From Patescibacteria group bacterium (lineage in GTDB: Bacteria; Patescibacteriota; Microgenomatia; UBA10105; UBA927), in the NCBI GenBank assembly GCA_023379025.1, contig JAMCTH010000010.1, positions 9,088-73,087 on the forward strand: a stretch of DNA of 64,000 nucleotides. The letters are read 5' to 3'. The translations under genes and the position numbers were made by a program. The notes under the pieces were generated by a model, which was not told the DNA's origin, did not search any database, and saw only the letters and a program-made list of their open reading frames with translations. Positions 46,275 through 56,178 of the stretch are shown here, piece by piece. Each line of letters opens with the position of its first letter. The first letter of the stretch is position 1.

Positions 46275-46727
46275 TTACTGCTTCCGGGAAAGAAGCTGTT
46301 TTAGAATTTCCGATACCCGTTTGCCGTCTGCCCTCCCGGCTACCAGAGCCATAGCGGCTTTCATGAGGAGACCAAAATTCGCTTCGTCGGACAGGACGAA
46401 CGGAAGAAGGATGGTGTGAAGCTCCTCATCCGTCAGCTCTTTCGGAAGGAACGCCTGAAGAATCGCAAGCTCCGCTTCTTCTTTTTCCACAAGCTCTGCC
46501 CTTCCGGCGGCCCGGAATGCCTCTATGGATTCGCGGTGTGTTTTGACCTGTTTTCTTATGACGTCAAGGATATCGCGGTCCGTCAGTTTTTCTTCCGCTT
46601 GAGCGCCGTATCTGGCTATGGCGTCATTCCTCACTTGAGACAGGAGAAACCGCAGCGTCCCCACACGCACCTGGTTGCCCTTTTTGAGCGATTCCTGTAT
46701 GTCCCGGGTCAGAGAAGCAAGAAGCAT
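46275..46727 (-). CDS. GatB/YqeY domain protein
   Basis: 150 aa matching the YqeY pattern. Confidence 0.8.
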   Translation of the reverse strand: MLLASLTRDIQESLKKGNQVRVGTLRFLLSQVRNDAIARYGAQAEEKLTDRDILDVIRKQVKTHRESIEAFRAAGRAELVEKEEAELAILQAFLPKELTDEELHTILLPFVLSDEANFGLLMKAAMALVAGRADGKRVSEILKQLLSRKQ

Positions 46728-46741
46728 AAGGGAAATTCCGG

Positions 46742-46942
46742 TTACGTCCGGCTGTACGCGCGGCTCGGATGCCTGAGCCGCCGTGCGAGTTCGCGCTTTT
46801 TTTCTTTCCTGACTTCCGCGGGTTTCTGGTAAAATTCCCGTTTTTTGAGATCCTGGAGAATTCCTTCCGACAGGACTTTCCGCGTAAATTTGCGGATCAG
46901 CGAATCGGATGTATCTCCGGGTTGTGCTTTCACAAATACCAT
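46742..46942 (-). CDS. rpsU: 30S ribosomal protein S21
   Basis: 66 aa; VKAQPGDTSDSLIRKFTRKV...KREFYQKPAEVRKEKKR matches the S21 consensus. Confidence 0.88.
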   Translation of the reverse strand: MVFVKAQPGDTSDSLIRKFTRKVLSEGILQDLKKREFYQKPAEVRKEKKRELARRLRHPSRAYSRT

Positions 46943-47017
46943 AACGTCAAAAAAACACCTCCCTTAAAAAGAGCGTTCAATCTTCTTTCTATTATACACC
47001 AAATTGCCGGGAAAGCA

Positions 47018-47515
47018 TTACAGTTTGTAGCCGAATTTCCGAAGGAGGGCTTTCCTGTCCGGAACATCTCCTGCCGTTTCGACACCGAGCGGAGACCCGC
47101 CGTCCACGACCCCGAGAAGCGCTCCGCCCTGTCTGGTTCTTGCGACAATCGCCTGTACCGGATTGGCCGTGGCACAAAAAATATGGACAACCTCCGGCAC
47201 CATTTTCACGGCGTTGAGGACATTGATGGGGAACGCATTATCAAGCATCAGGACAAACACATGTCCGCATGCGATTGCCTTCGCATTCCGGGCAGCGAGA
47301 TCCGTAAGGGACGGGTCTGTTCCGGAGGTACGCACCAGTCTGGGTCCGGAAGCCTCCGCAAACGCCAGACCGAACCGTATGCCGGGTACGCTTCCGACCA
47401 TCACTTCATGGATATCCTCCACGGTTTTGATAAAGTGAGATTGTCCGATGATCACGTTTTTTGCGTCGGGATTTTTTATCGGAACGGATTTGATGTCAGG
47501 AGTCCCGGATTTCAT
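47018..47515 (-). CDS. conserved hypothetical protein
   Basis: 165-aa ORF, Gly/Ala/Val-rich, no motif assigned with confidence. Confidence 0.55.
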   Translation of the reverse strand: MKSGTPDIKSVPIKNPDAKNVIIGQSHFIKTVEDIHEVMVGSVPGIRFGLAFAEASGPRLVRTSGTDPSLTDLAARNAKAIACGHVFVLMLDNAFPINVLNAVKMVPEVVHIFCATANPVQAIVARTRQGGALLGVVDGGSPLGVETAGDVPDRKALLRKFGYKL

Positions 47516-47526
47516 AAACCCTCCTT

Positions 47527-48357
47527 TCAGGATAAATGTTTTATAACCTCAATGATATCTCCGATTGTCCGTTTACTCGGCTTGAAGTCCGGATTTTTGC
47601 TGCTTCCGTTTAACACCATATGATGACTTGCGTGAAGAAACCAGGTCGCCTCCGGCTCTTTTTCCTTAAGATGCTCATACAGAGCTGATAAATCGATCTC
47701 GGGTTTTGGCAGACTTTTTATCCGGAGATACCCTTTCCGGTCGTCTTTTCTGACGACCAGTACATATCCCATTTTTTGCCCGAGGTGCACCACTTCGTCG
47801 TTCGTTGTCTCGACCGCAATGGCTTTACCCCACTTCGTCTCAAACTCGACTCCCTTGTCTTTGAGGTCCTTTTCCGCCCAGACTTTATTCTGGAACAGTT
47901 TATAAATCCCGTCGAGGCTCTCCATGCCGAGGGAAACGACCCGGAGCCAGTCATCGGCGTAAATAAGGCGCCACCCGTCTATCTGGGCTACCAATCCCAT
48001 ATCCCAAAAATCAGCGGTCGGGTTCGGGAAAAAAACCTCACGGAAATGGTCTATCTCATTGACGACCTGAGTGAGCCGCGCAAGCGCCTTGTCTTCTCCT
48101 TTCTCCTCGGCGATTTTGGCATAGACGAGGCTCGCGGCACAGATATCCGCATCGGTATTGTGGTGGTCGTATTTCCCATAGCCGGTATCCACATGCATGA
48201 TCTCCGGATTATCATCCGGCGGCAGTCCGTGAAGCGTCGTCCCTGCCGGGACAAATGCCAACGCTGCTTCCTCCCATCCCGGAAAAAACGTCTTAACCAG
48301 CCATACCGCAGTGATGGCGTCCAGATCCGGTCCGATATGGGTCACAATGGTTTTCAT
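47527..48357 (-). CDS. DHH-family phosphoesterase (NrnA-like)
   Basis: 276 aa; motif I HIGPDLDAITA, motif III GKYDHHN (DHH). Confidence 0.75.
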   Translation of the reverse strand: MKTIVTHIGPDLDAITAVWLVKTFFPGWEEAALAFVPAGTTLHGLPPDDNPEIMHVDTGYGKYDHHNTDADICAASLVYAKIAEEKGEDKALARLTQVVNEIDHFREVFFPNPTADFWDMGLVAQIDGWRLIYADDWLRVVSLGMESLDGIYKLFQNKVWAEKDLKDKGVEFETKWGKAIAVETTNDEVVHLGQKMGYVLVVRKDDRKGYLRIKSLPKPEIDLSALYEHLKEKEPEATWFLHASHHMVLNGSSKNPDFKPSKRTIGDIIEVIKHLS

Positions 48358-48360
48358 GTC

Positions 48361-49803
48361 CTAATATGCCTGAGCAAATACCCACTGATGAATCGCCGGC
48401 TTTCCGCAAGAGATACAGAGCCCGTTCTGATCCCGGGTATCCAGCGGCAAACAACGGGTACTTGCTTTTGTTTCTTCCTTAATCTTTTTCTCACACGCTG
48501 GGTTTTCGCACCACAATGCCCGGATAAATCCTCGTTTTGTTGACATAATCTCTTTAAACACATCATACGTATCGGCGATATGCGTATGTTTTTCAGTAAA
48601 CTCCTTATGGCGTTCGAACAACTTCTGCTGCAAATCAGTCAACAATGCCTGAATTTCATAGGGTTTAATTTCCGTCCGCTGTTGATTATGACGGAAAACA
48701 CCCGTAAGTATTTCTTTCCGGAATTCATTCTCACCAATCTCAATACGGACCGGAACCCCTTTGAGTTCCCACTTATTAAACTTGAATCCGGCTGATTCGT
48801 TTGACCGTGCATCAACTTTTACGCGTATCTGTTGCGCTTTCAGCTGGGCCACGACGGTCTCGGCATACCGGAATACCGCGTCAGACGATCCAGGTATGGG
48901 AATAACAATCGCTTGAATAGGGGCAATGTTCGGAGGAAGAATGAGACCCTGATCATCTCCGTGTACCATAATTAATCCGCCGATACTCCGTGTGGAAAAT
49001 CCCCAACTGTTTTGCCATGGAAAGAGTTTTTCTCCTTTATCGTCCTGTACATGCCAATCAAATGCCTTAGCAAAATTCTGACCCAAATCATGTGATGTGC
49101 AACCCTGTAATGCTTTTCCGTCCGGCATAAGAATCTCGTAAGTAAAGGTTTGTTGGGCACCGGCAAATTTTTCCGTTTCGCTTTTCCTTCCGGCAATACC
49201 GTACATCGCAAGCTGTTTCTGATAGGTATCAATATACATATTCAAAGCCCAATCAACGGTATCTAATGATTCCTTATGACTCACGTGGGCACAGTGCCCC
49301 TCCTGCCACAAAAACTCGGATGTACGCAGAAACAGATAGGTTCTTTTTTCCCATCGGACGACGTTGTTCCATTGATTGATGCGTACAGGCAAATCACGAT
49401 AACTATGTGTCCACTCCTTAAACATCTCATACATTATCGTTTCCGACGTTGGTCGTACAACCAATTTTTCTTTCAGCTCTTCACCCCCGGCATAGGTCAC
49501 CACCGCCATGTGCGGTGCGAAACCGGCAACGTGTTCTTTCTCACGGTTGAGAAACTTCTCCGGAATAAAGATCGGAAAGTATGCATTTTCGACACCTCGC
49601 TCCTTAATCCGTTCATCCATAAACCGCTGGATACCTTCCCAAATTGCATACCCGTATGGCCGGATGACCATGCATCCTTTAACCGGTGCATAGTCCGCCA
49701 GTTCTGCTTTCAAAATGACATCCGTGTACCAGTCTGAAAATCGATCGCTTTTTTTAGTAAGGTTTTTCTTGCTATACGATTCCGACATAACTTCTCCTTT
49801 CAA
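48361..49803 (-). CDS. proS: prolyl-tRNA synthetase, archaeal/eukaryotic type
   Basis: 480 aa. Class II motifs with no bacterial INS editing domain; C-terminal Zn-binding extension ending ...CISCGKPAIHQWVFAQAY. Local GC about 45 %. Confidence 0.9.
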   Translation of the reverse strand: MKGEVMSESYSKKNLTKKSDRFSDWYTDVILKAELADYAPVKGCMVIRPYGYAIWEGIQRFMDERIKERGVENAYFPIFIPEKFLNREKEHVAGFAPHMAVVTYAGGEELKEKLVVRPTSETIMYEMFKEWTHSYRDLPVRINQWNNVVRWEKRTYLFLRTSEFLWQEGHCAHVSHKESLDTVDWALNMYIDTYQKQLAMYGIAGRKSETEKFAGAQQTFTYEILMPDGKALQGCTSHDLGQNFAKAFDWHVQDDKGEKLFPWQNSWGFSTRSIGGLIMVHGDDQGLILPPNIAPIQAIVIPIPGSSDAVFRYAETVVAQLKAQQIRVKVDARSNESAGFKFNKWELKGVPVRIEIGENEFRKEILTGVFRHNQQRTEIKPYEIQALLTDLQQKLFERHKEFTEKHTHIADTYDVFKEIMSTKRGFIRALWCENPACEKKIKEETKASTRCLPLDTRDQNGLCISCGKPAIHQWVFAQAY

Positions 49804-49927
49804 TGTCTCCTTATTCGTTACGTGCGTGTTTTTACTATATCAGAAACGGGCGTTGGTTTTAAGGTGGCGTAACACCAGGCTCTTCTGTATAATCCCTTAC
49901 GAGGGACCTGTTAATGCTTTTACCGGC

Positions 49928-50275
49928 TTAATCGGTCCCTTTATCGTATCCCTCATTTTCTAATCGACGCATATGCTCGGTATTCGATATACCGGCAAGA
50001 TACCGCACGATATCCAAATCAGTCAGCTCATCGAAACCAATTCCCTCTTCTTCGGCTAAACTCGCAATCTGATAGGCTCTCCTTTTCACTGATGCTTTAA
50101 GTGAATCACCAGTATACCCGTCGAACCGTCGGGCGATCTCGTCGTTATTCTGATCCATCCATGTGATTTCTAAAACGGCACCGTCTACCTCCCAACGAAA
50201 CGCCCGTGGCCATACGATATCTTCGTGTCTCATTGTCTCAAAAAAGTAGTTTCTGTCAATTTCCATATATATCAC
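49928..50275 (-). CDS. hypothetical protein
   Basis: 115-aa acidic ORF in the same low-GC segment as proS. Confidence 0.5.
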   Translation of the reverse strand: MIYMEIDRNYFFETMRHEDIVWPRAFRWEVDGAVLEITWMDQNNDEIARRFDGYTGDSLKASVKRRAYQIASLAEEEGIGFDELTDLDIVRYLAGISNTEHMRRLENEGYDKGTD

Positions 50276-50576
50276 CTCCTTTCTTTACGCCACCAAAAAA
50301 CCTCGGCTTTACCCCGATATATTAATACCGGAGCAAGGACGAGGATTCTCGTGATACCACCTTGCTTTTCCTTATCAATAAAGGAATCTTATGCACTCCG
50401 CGTTATGCGACATGCTTGCAGTCTTTTTACGGTTCTGCTTCCGTCAGCCTTAATTTCCGTCAATTCCCGGATTTCGGCTGCTGCGATTGGTCCCGACCGG
50501 ATTTCGGGACTCGTTGACGCATGTATGGACGTTAATAAGCTTTAGTATAGCGTTCTTCCATCTCAGAGTCAAAAGC

Positions 50577-51485
50577 TCAATCATGTGTTCCGGATTGATC
50601 ATGGCTGTTCTTCCCCTGGTTCTCTCCCTCACTCTGCTGCTGTTGCGTCCGCCCTGAATTGTTTTGATGATCACTCCCTTCACTCTTCCCGGAATTTGAC
50701 CCGCTACGATTTCCTGATCGGGATGTCGTATCGGAAATCTGCTGCATCTCTGCAATCGTTTGATTGATAACCTGCTGCGTCTGGTCTATTTCCAATGCCG
50801 CGGACACAACCGGAGCGGAAGTTGCCGGCGACCCGGCGGTAACCTCCGCAACGGTCGGGTGTTGTACCGGTGTAGCAGTCGGGATAGGCGGGGGCACCGT
50901 GATCCGGGTTGTAGGTCGGACAGGAATCTGTGTTGGCATGACGACCGTCGTCGGTCTTGGAGGAGGGGCAGGAACAGCGCCCGTCTGTTGGCTCCCTCCT
51001 GTTGCCGGAACAGGCGGAGTTGGAGCCGGTGTAGCTGGAACCACACCGGTTAATGATTGTTTTTGCTGCTCAAGCTGTGCCGAAGCCTGGGTCAGGACCG
51101 CAATATACTGCTGTGCCGCGGCCGCCTGTTCTGCGGGGTTGGATCCGCCGGCGATCGTTTTACCCGCCGCTTCCACCTGGTCGGTAAGATACGTCATCCC
51201 GACCACGGAATTTTTGTCGGCGAGGAGGGTGGTTGCTTCCGCAAGGCGCCGCTCGGTATATTTCATCTGGAGCGTACTGGAGGCCACGTATGACGGACTC
51301 ACCACATACGCGAGCGCTCTCTCAAGGCCCAGTTTTGTTGCATACGTACTGTCTCCCGGAAGCGCATTCCATGTGCCGACGATGAGGAGTGTCGGAACGG
51401 AAAATACGAGCAGGAATGCCCAGACGAACGAATCCAGAAAGTTACGCATCTTCTTTAGCGTATGGGAGGACGGGAGATCTGTCAA
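50577..51485 (-). CDS. membrane-anchored hypothetical protein with Pro-rich linker and S/G/Q/N-rich low-complexity tail
   Basis: 302 aa; TM helix (VWAFLLVFSVPTLLIVGTW), PTPAPTPPVP linker, C-terminal SRSGNRSGSNSGKSEGSDHQNNSGRTQQQQSEGENQGKNSHDQSGTHD. Confidence 0.55.
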   Translation of the reverse strand: MTDLPSSHTLKKMRNFLDSFVWAFLLVFSVPTLLIVGTWNALPGDSTYATKLGLERALAYVVSPSYVASSTLQMKYTERRLAEATTLLADKNSVVGMTYLTDQVEAAGKTIAGGSNPAEQAAAAQQYIAVLTQASAQLEQQKQSLTGVVPATPAPTPPVPATGGSQQTGAVPAPPPRPTTVVMPTQIPVRPTTRITVPPPIPTATPVQHPTVAEVTAGSPATSAPVVSAALEIDQTQQVINQTIAEMQQISDTTSRSGNRSGSNSGKSEGSDHQNNSGRTQQQQSEGENQGKNSHDQSGTHD

Positions 51486-52624
51486 CCGCCGTGCAGGAGG
51501 CGGAACACATCGTGGACACTTACCAGAAGAAGAAGCGCCAAGAGGATCAGCATGCCGACCTGGTGGACGCTGCGTTCAAATGCGGGTTTCAGGCGTTTCC
51601 CGAATATTTTTTCCAGGAATACGAATGCCAGCCGTCCGCCGTCGAGCGCAGGAAACGGCAGGACATTCAGTATGGCAAGATTAAGGGACAGGATACTCGC
51701 AAATTCAAGGACTGCATAAAAACCGAATCTGACGGCCTGACCGGTAACCTCGGCAATTCCGACCGGCCCCGCGATATCTGCCTGTATCGGCTGGAGCGTC
51801 ACCGCCCGGTAAAGGAGCGCGGCAAGTGAAGCGATCATGTCCCAGGCGCGCGTAAACGTGACAACGACCGCTCTCGGAGGAGCTTCGGCCCAGGTATATG
51901 TTGTAAGCTCGACGGAGGAAATCGCTACCCCCATGGGCCCCTGGCCGGTAGGATACGTTTGCCGGGGGATAAGAACCGCCTGCGTACGTTCGGAGTTCCT
52001 GAGAATCCTGAGAACGATCGGTTGTCCGCGTAGTCGTTCCGTCAGTTTTATAAGCTGATCTGCACCAGTGATCGCGGTTGTCGTAAGCTTCGGCTCAGGG
52101 GTGATGCCGCTTTTCCCCTCGGCAAATACCGTCCCGGTCTGGTACTCGACCGACGTGATGACGTCTCCGACCCGGATGCCGGCTTTTTCCGCGGGAGATC
52201 CCGGCTGCACCATATCTACGTGGACGCGGTTTGTATCCTTCGGCTCCCCCTGGACCACCAGAAGAAACGTCATGATGCCGATGGCCAGAAGGAAATTCAT
52301 GGTGACACCGGCAAGGAGTATGGCGCTTCGTTCCAGCCTGCTTCTCCCCCAAAAATAGGTTTTGGCCTTGCGGGTATCGAGGTGTGCCGCCTGTTCCCGG
52401 TCTTCCTCATCTTCGCCTTTCAGCCGGACAAAGCCTCCGATCGGCAGCCAGTTGACGGAATAGATGGTTTTTCCGGCTTTTTTACCCCATATCCGCGGCG
52501 GCAGGCCGAAACCGAATTCTTCAACTTCGACACCGATGATCCGTGCCACGATAAAATGCCCGAATTCGTGGACAAAGATGAGAACCGTCAGAATGATAAA
52601 AAAAGTAACGATCGTGACGATCAT
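51482..52624 (-). CDS. rseP: RIP metalloprotease RseP (site-2 protease, M50) with PDZ
   Basis: Track ORF 51482-52696 (TTG start). Probable start MIVTIVTFF at about 52624, avoiding a 47-nt overlap with frr. HEFGHF (HExxH), PDZ domain, C-terminal LDGG. Confidence 0.88.
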   Translation of the reverse strand: MIVTIVTFFIILTVLIFVHEFGHFIVARIIGVEVEEFGFGLPPRIWGKKAGKTIYSVNWLPIGGFVRLKGEDEEDREQAAHLDTRKAKTYFWGRSRLERSAILLAGVTMNFLLAIGIMTFLLVVQGEPKDTNRVHVDMVQPGSPAEKAGIRVGDVITSVEYQTGTVFAEGKSGITPEPKLTTTAITGADQLIKLTERLRGQPIVLRILRNSERTQAVLIPRQTYPTGQGPMGVAISSVELTTYTWAEAPPRAVVVTFTRAWDMIASLAALLYRAVTLQPIQADIAGPVGIAEVTGQAVRFGFYAVLEFASILSLNLAILNVLPFPALDGGRLAFVFLEKIFGKRLKPAFERSVHQVGMLILLALLLLVSVHDVFRLLHGG

Positions 52625-52649
52625 ATGCTGCTTTGATGCTATGCCTGCA

Positions 52650-53213
52650 CTACACCTGCCCGAGCTCCTGTTCTTTCCGATCTCCCAATGCATCAAGTTC
52701 CGCGATCATTTCGTCCGTCAGCTCCTGGATTTTTTTCCCGGCAAGCGTGCGTTCATCCTCAGAGATTGTCCGGTCTTCTTCGTCTTTTTTGACATCCCGC
52801 ATCGCCTCGCCCCGGATCTGCCGGATCATGATCCTGCCGCCTTCCAGCTTCGTACGGGCAAGTTTGATGTATTCCTGCCTTCGCTCTTCGGAAAGCGCGG
52901 GAATAGTGATCCTGATGAGATCGCCGTCAACAACCGGCGTCAGCCCGGTGTTGGCCTCGAGAATCCCTTTTTCGATCTCCGGGGTGATCGACGGATCAAA
53001 CGGAGCGACCGCAATAGTCCGTGAATCCATCGCGGTAATCGTTGCGAGTTCCGTCAGCTTAAGCCGCTGCGAACCTCCATAGGCGGCAATCACGATGTGT
53101 TCAACAAGTGCGGGAGTGGCTCGGCCGGAATGGATGGACTGAAGGTCAGTCTTCGTGACATCTATGGCTTTGCGCATCCGGTCACGGGCCTGGTTGAGGA
53201 TAGTATCGATCAT
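52650..53213 (-). CDS. frr: ribosome recycling factor
   Basis: 187 aa; typical three-helix-bundle RRF sequence. Confidence 0.92.
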   Translation of the reverse strand: MIDTILNQARDRMRKAIDVTKTDLQSIHSGRATPALVEHIVIAAYGGSQRLKLTELATITAMDSRTIAVAPFDPSITPEIEKGILEANTGLTPVVDGDLIRITIPALSEERRQEYIKLARTKLEGGRIMIRQIRGEAMRDVKKDEEDRTISEDERTLAGKKIQELTDEMIAELDALGDRKEQELGQV

Positions 53214-53268
53214 CTATACGTAGTGTACGGGGAGATTGCGCTAGCGTCAAGATGCGTCAAGATGAGCG

Positions 53269-53721
53269 TTATAGTTCCAGCCGGGAAAATTTGGTCACCG
53301 TGATATTTTCCCCGACTTTGGCAATCGTCTGCTTCACCAGTGCCTCAATGGTGACCGAGCTGTCCCGGATATATGCGCTTTTCAGAAGCGCCGGGACGTC
53401 CCGGGGGTCCATGGAAGCCACCTGCAGCGCGACTTCGTGGGCAAGCGTTTTAAAATCATCCGTCCTGGCGACAAAATCCGTCTCACACCGGAGCTCGACC
53501 AGGACACCGATTTTACCGTTCGCATGGATGTATGACGCGATCAGTCCTTCTCCGGTTTCCTTCCCGGCTTTTTTTGCAGCTTTCTCCGCAGCACGCGACT
53601 CGATGAGTTTTTTGGCCTTTTCGTAATCACCGTCTGTCTCCTCGAGTGCCTCACGGCAATCGGAAACACCGGCTGATGTTTCAGCCCGAAGTTTTCTGAG
53701 ATCATCAAGAGATACTTGCAT
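53269..53721 (-). CDS. tsf: elongation factor Ts (short form)
   Basis: Track ORF 53269-53736; start MQVSLDDLRKLRAETSAGVSDCREAL (UBA-like N-terminus, TDFVAR core). About 150 aa, lacking the duplicated core subdomain of long EF-Ts. Confidence 0.85.
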   Translation of the reverse strand: MQVSLDDLRKLRAETSAGVSDCREALEETDGDYEKAKKLIESRAAEKAAKKAGKETGEGLIASYIHANGKIGVLVELRCETDFVARTDDFKTLAHEVALQVASMDPRDVPALLKSAYIRDSSVTIEALVKQTIAKVGENITVTKFSRLEL

Positions 53722-53755
53722 AGACGTAACTCGCAATTGTTATATTGCTCAATTG

Positions 53756-54610
53756 TTAAACGGCGCTCGTTGTCACTTTCTTCGGTCTCCCGCGCGTTTT
53801 CTTCCCGGGAGCCGCCGTGTCAGACGGGTCTGCTGCAGACTCTTTTTCATTAACGGGTACGCTTGTTGCTGAAGAAGCCCCGGGAGTCTGTATTTCCGTA
53901 TGCGCTTCTTTCTTTTCGGATTTCTCCCTGAGTTCTTTCCCTTCCTTGTATGCGGCGGCTATGGCATGGGTCAGAAGCTGTATGGATCCGACCGCATCAT
54001 CATTTGCCGGGATCGCATAGGTGATGTCCGTCGGGTCCGTATTCGTATCTACGATCGCGATGATCGGCAGGCCGGTACGTATCGCCTCGCGCACCGCTGC
54101 AATTTCCTTTTTGATATCCACGATATAGACCGCCTGCGGGGGATTTTTCATGGCTGCCACACCACCGTAATATGCCTGCAGTTTCCCGAGGTGCCGCCCG
54201 AGTTTTACCTGTTCGTGTTTCGGGTACTTTTTCCAGACGCCGCTGTCCCGATCCGCCATCATGCTATTGCAGGTATCGATGTTCTTTTTGATGCTGTCCC
54301 AGTTCGTCAGAAACCCGCCGATCCACCGGTTGGCAAAATAGGGAGCGCCTGCGTGCTCTGCCTCCTCTTTGAGGACTCCCTGCGCCTGCCGTTTGGTTCC
54401 GACCAGGAGAAGTTCCCCTCCCCCGGCGACGAGATCCCGTACATATGAAACCGCGCGGTCAAGACCCGCCTTTGTCTTGACCAGATCTATGACATGTATG
54501 CCGTCTTTTTCGGTGTAGATAAATGTTCGTGCTTTTGGGTGCCATCGTTCGGCTTTATGTCCAAAATGACATCCTGCTTCAAGGAGTTGCTGTAAGGTAA
54601 TTTCTTCCAT
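53756..54610 (-). CDS. rpsB: 30S ribosomal protein S2 with basic C-terminal tail
   Basis: Track ORF 53756-54625; start MEEITLQQLLEAGCHFGH. About 60-aa C-terminal extension ending GKKTRGRPKKVTTSAV (AT-hook-like GRP). Confidence 0.92.
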   Translation of the reverse strand: MEEITLQQLLEAGCHFGHKAERWHPKARTFIYTEKDGIHVIDLVKTKAGLDRAVSYVRDLVAGGGELLLVGTKRQAQGVLKEEAEHAGAPYFANRWIGGFLTNWDSIKKNIDTCNSMMADRDSGVWKKYPKHEQVKLGRHLGKLQAYYGGVAAMKNPPQAVYIVDIKKEIAAVREAIRTGLPIIAIVDTNTDPTDITYAIPANDDAVGSIQLLTHAIAAAYKEGKELREKSEKKEAHTEIQTPGASSATSVPVNEKESAADPSDTAAPGKKTRGRPKKVTTSAV

Positions 54611-54766
54611 AAAAAAACGGCGCAATACGCGCCTTCGACACTCAGTGTCCCGCGTATCTCTTTCATCCTCCGCTCGCCGGTCCGCCCCTGGCGGAAGAGA
54701 TACTCATGTGAGCGTGAGTACTCTATCTATTGTACCCCAAATCCTTTGATACCGCAAGCCGATGCA

Positions 54767-56167
54767 TTACGGAACGGGAAATTGTTTCGTCAGGGTTTTC
54801 ACCGCTTTTCCGATGGTTCTCAACCGGCTATTTGACGAGAGTTCGGATCTGACCTTCCGCAGATACGCCTGCCGTTCACCCTTATCTTCGGGGATCTCAT
54901 ACTGTGCCACCTCCCCCAGGATCTCTATCATCCACCGGGCGACGGCCTTCATCTCTTTCTCCTTCATCCCGCGGGTCGTAACCGCGGGCGTGCCCATACG
55001 GATGCCGGAGGGATAAAACGAAGAGCCGGTTTCATACGGGACGGTGTTCCTGTTGACGACGATATCGGCATACTCGAGCGCCCAGGCCGCGATCCAGGCA
55101 GACGTTTTGACGCTCCGGAGGTCCAAAAGAACAAGATGCTTATCTGTTCCTCCGGAAACGACGTCGAATCGCGCTTTGACAAACGCGTCTGCCAGAATCT
55201 TCGCGTTGACGATGACCTGCCTGCTGTAGGTTTTGAAAGACGGCTGCATCGCTTCCGCGAGGGCTACGGCGATACCTGCGATTGTATGCTCATGCGGCCC
55301 GCCCTGAAGACCCGGAAATATTGCCTGATTTACCCGTTCCGCAAGATCCTCCGTGCCTTGCGTCGACTTGACGTGTTTCGGAGTATGACGCGTAAACACC
55401 AGCGCCCCGCGGGGTCCCCTGAGTGTTTTGTGCGTCGTCATCGTAACGGCATCCGCGTAAGGAAATGGTGACGTATTGAGGCCCGACGCAACGAGTCCCG
55501 CTTCATGGGCAATATCGGCAAGATAATACGCGCCGACGTGACCGGCAATTTCTCCCATCCTTTTGTGATTGATTTCCCTGGGATATGCCGTGCCGCCGGA
55601 TATGATGAGTTTTGGATGCACGGACCGGGCCTCCCGTTCAATTGCATCATAATCAAATACCCGGGTCTTCCGGTCAACTTTATAAAAAACCACGTTCCAG
55701 ATTTTTGAGGCGAGAGTGACTTTCTTCGACGGAAGCTGCCAACCGTGTGAGAGGTGTCCGCCGTCCGGCAGGTACATAGCCATGATCGTCTCTCCGGGAA
55801 GAACGAGCGCGCTCACGACGGCGAGGTTTGCCGGACTTCCGGACAGCGCCTGAACATTTACTTCCCATGCGCTTTCCGAAAGACCGAAAAGAGAAAGTGC
55901 GCGCTTCTTGCAAAGCGCCTCAAGTTCATCGACCACACGGTTTCCCTGGTAAAACCGTTTCCCGACCTGACCTTCGGCATATTTATTGATGAAGACCGAC
56001 GACACTGCTTCCCGAACCGCTTTTGAGGTATAGTTTTCACTCGGGATCATCTCTAAAACCTCCCGTTGGCGCTTGGTTTCTTTCTGGATAATTGTATAAA
56101 GCTCAGGGTCCTGGACGTTAAGGATCATGCGGCTCATCATAGGCGATTTTACCGCAAAGTACAACAA
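54767..56167 (-). CDS. glyA: serine hydroxymethyltransferase
   Basis: 466 aa (start may be M10/M14). PLP-lysine region TTHKTLRGPRG and MIPSENYTS; C-terminal extension of about 45 aa. Confidence 0.92.
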   Translation of the reverse strand: MLYFAVKSPMMSRMILNVQDPELYTIIQKETKRQREVLEMIPSENYTSKAVREAVSSVFINKYAEGQVGKRFYQGNRVVDELEALCKKRALSLFGLSESAWEVNVQALSGSPANLAVVSALVLPGETIMAMYLPDGGHLSHGWQLPSKKVTLASKIWNVVFYKVDRKTRVFDYDAIEREARSVHPKLIISGGTAYPREINHKRMGEIAGHVGAYYLADIAHEAGLVASGLNTSPFPYADAVTMTTHKTLRGPRGALVFTRHTPKHVKSTQGTEDLAERVNQAIFPGLQGGPHEHTIAGIAVALAEAMQPSFKTYSRQVIVNAKILADAFVKARFDVVSGGTDKHLVLLDLRSVKTSAWIAAWALEYADIVVNRNTVPYETGSSFYPSGIRMGTPAVTTRGMKEKEMKAVARWMIEILGEVAQYEIPEDKGERQAYLRKVRSELSSNSRLRTIGKAVKTLTKQFPVP

Positions 56168-56178
56168 CCGTCCGTCCG

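Noticed and set aside
54626-54766. Structured leader upstream of rpsB (gtatctctt...aagagatac hairpin)
   Set aside because: A single imperfect hairpin without further conserved features. Could be an r-protein autoregulatory leader but evidence is too thin to call.
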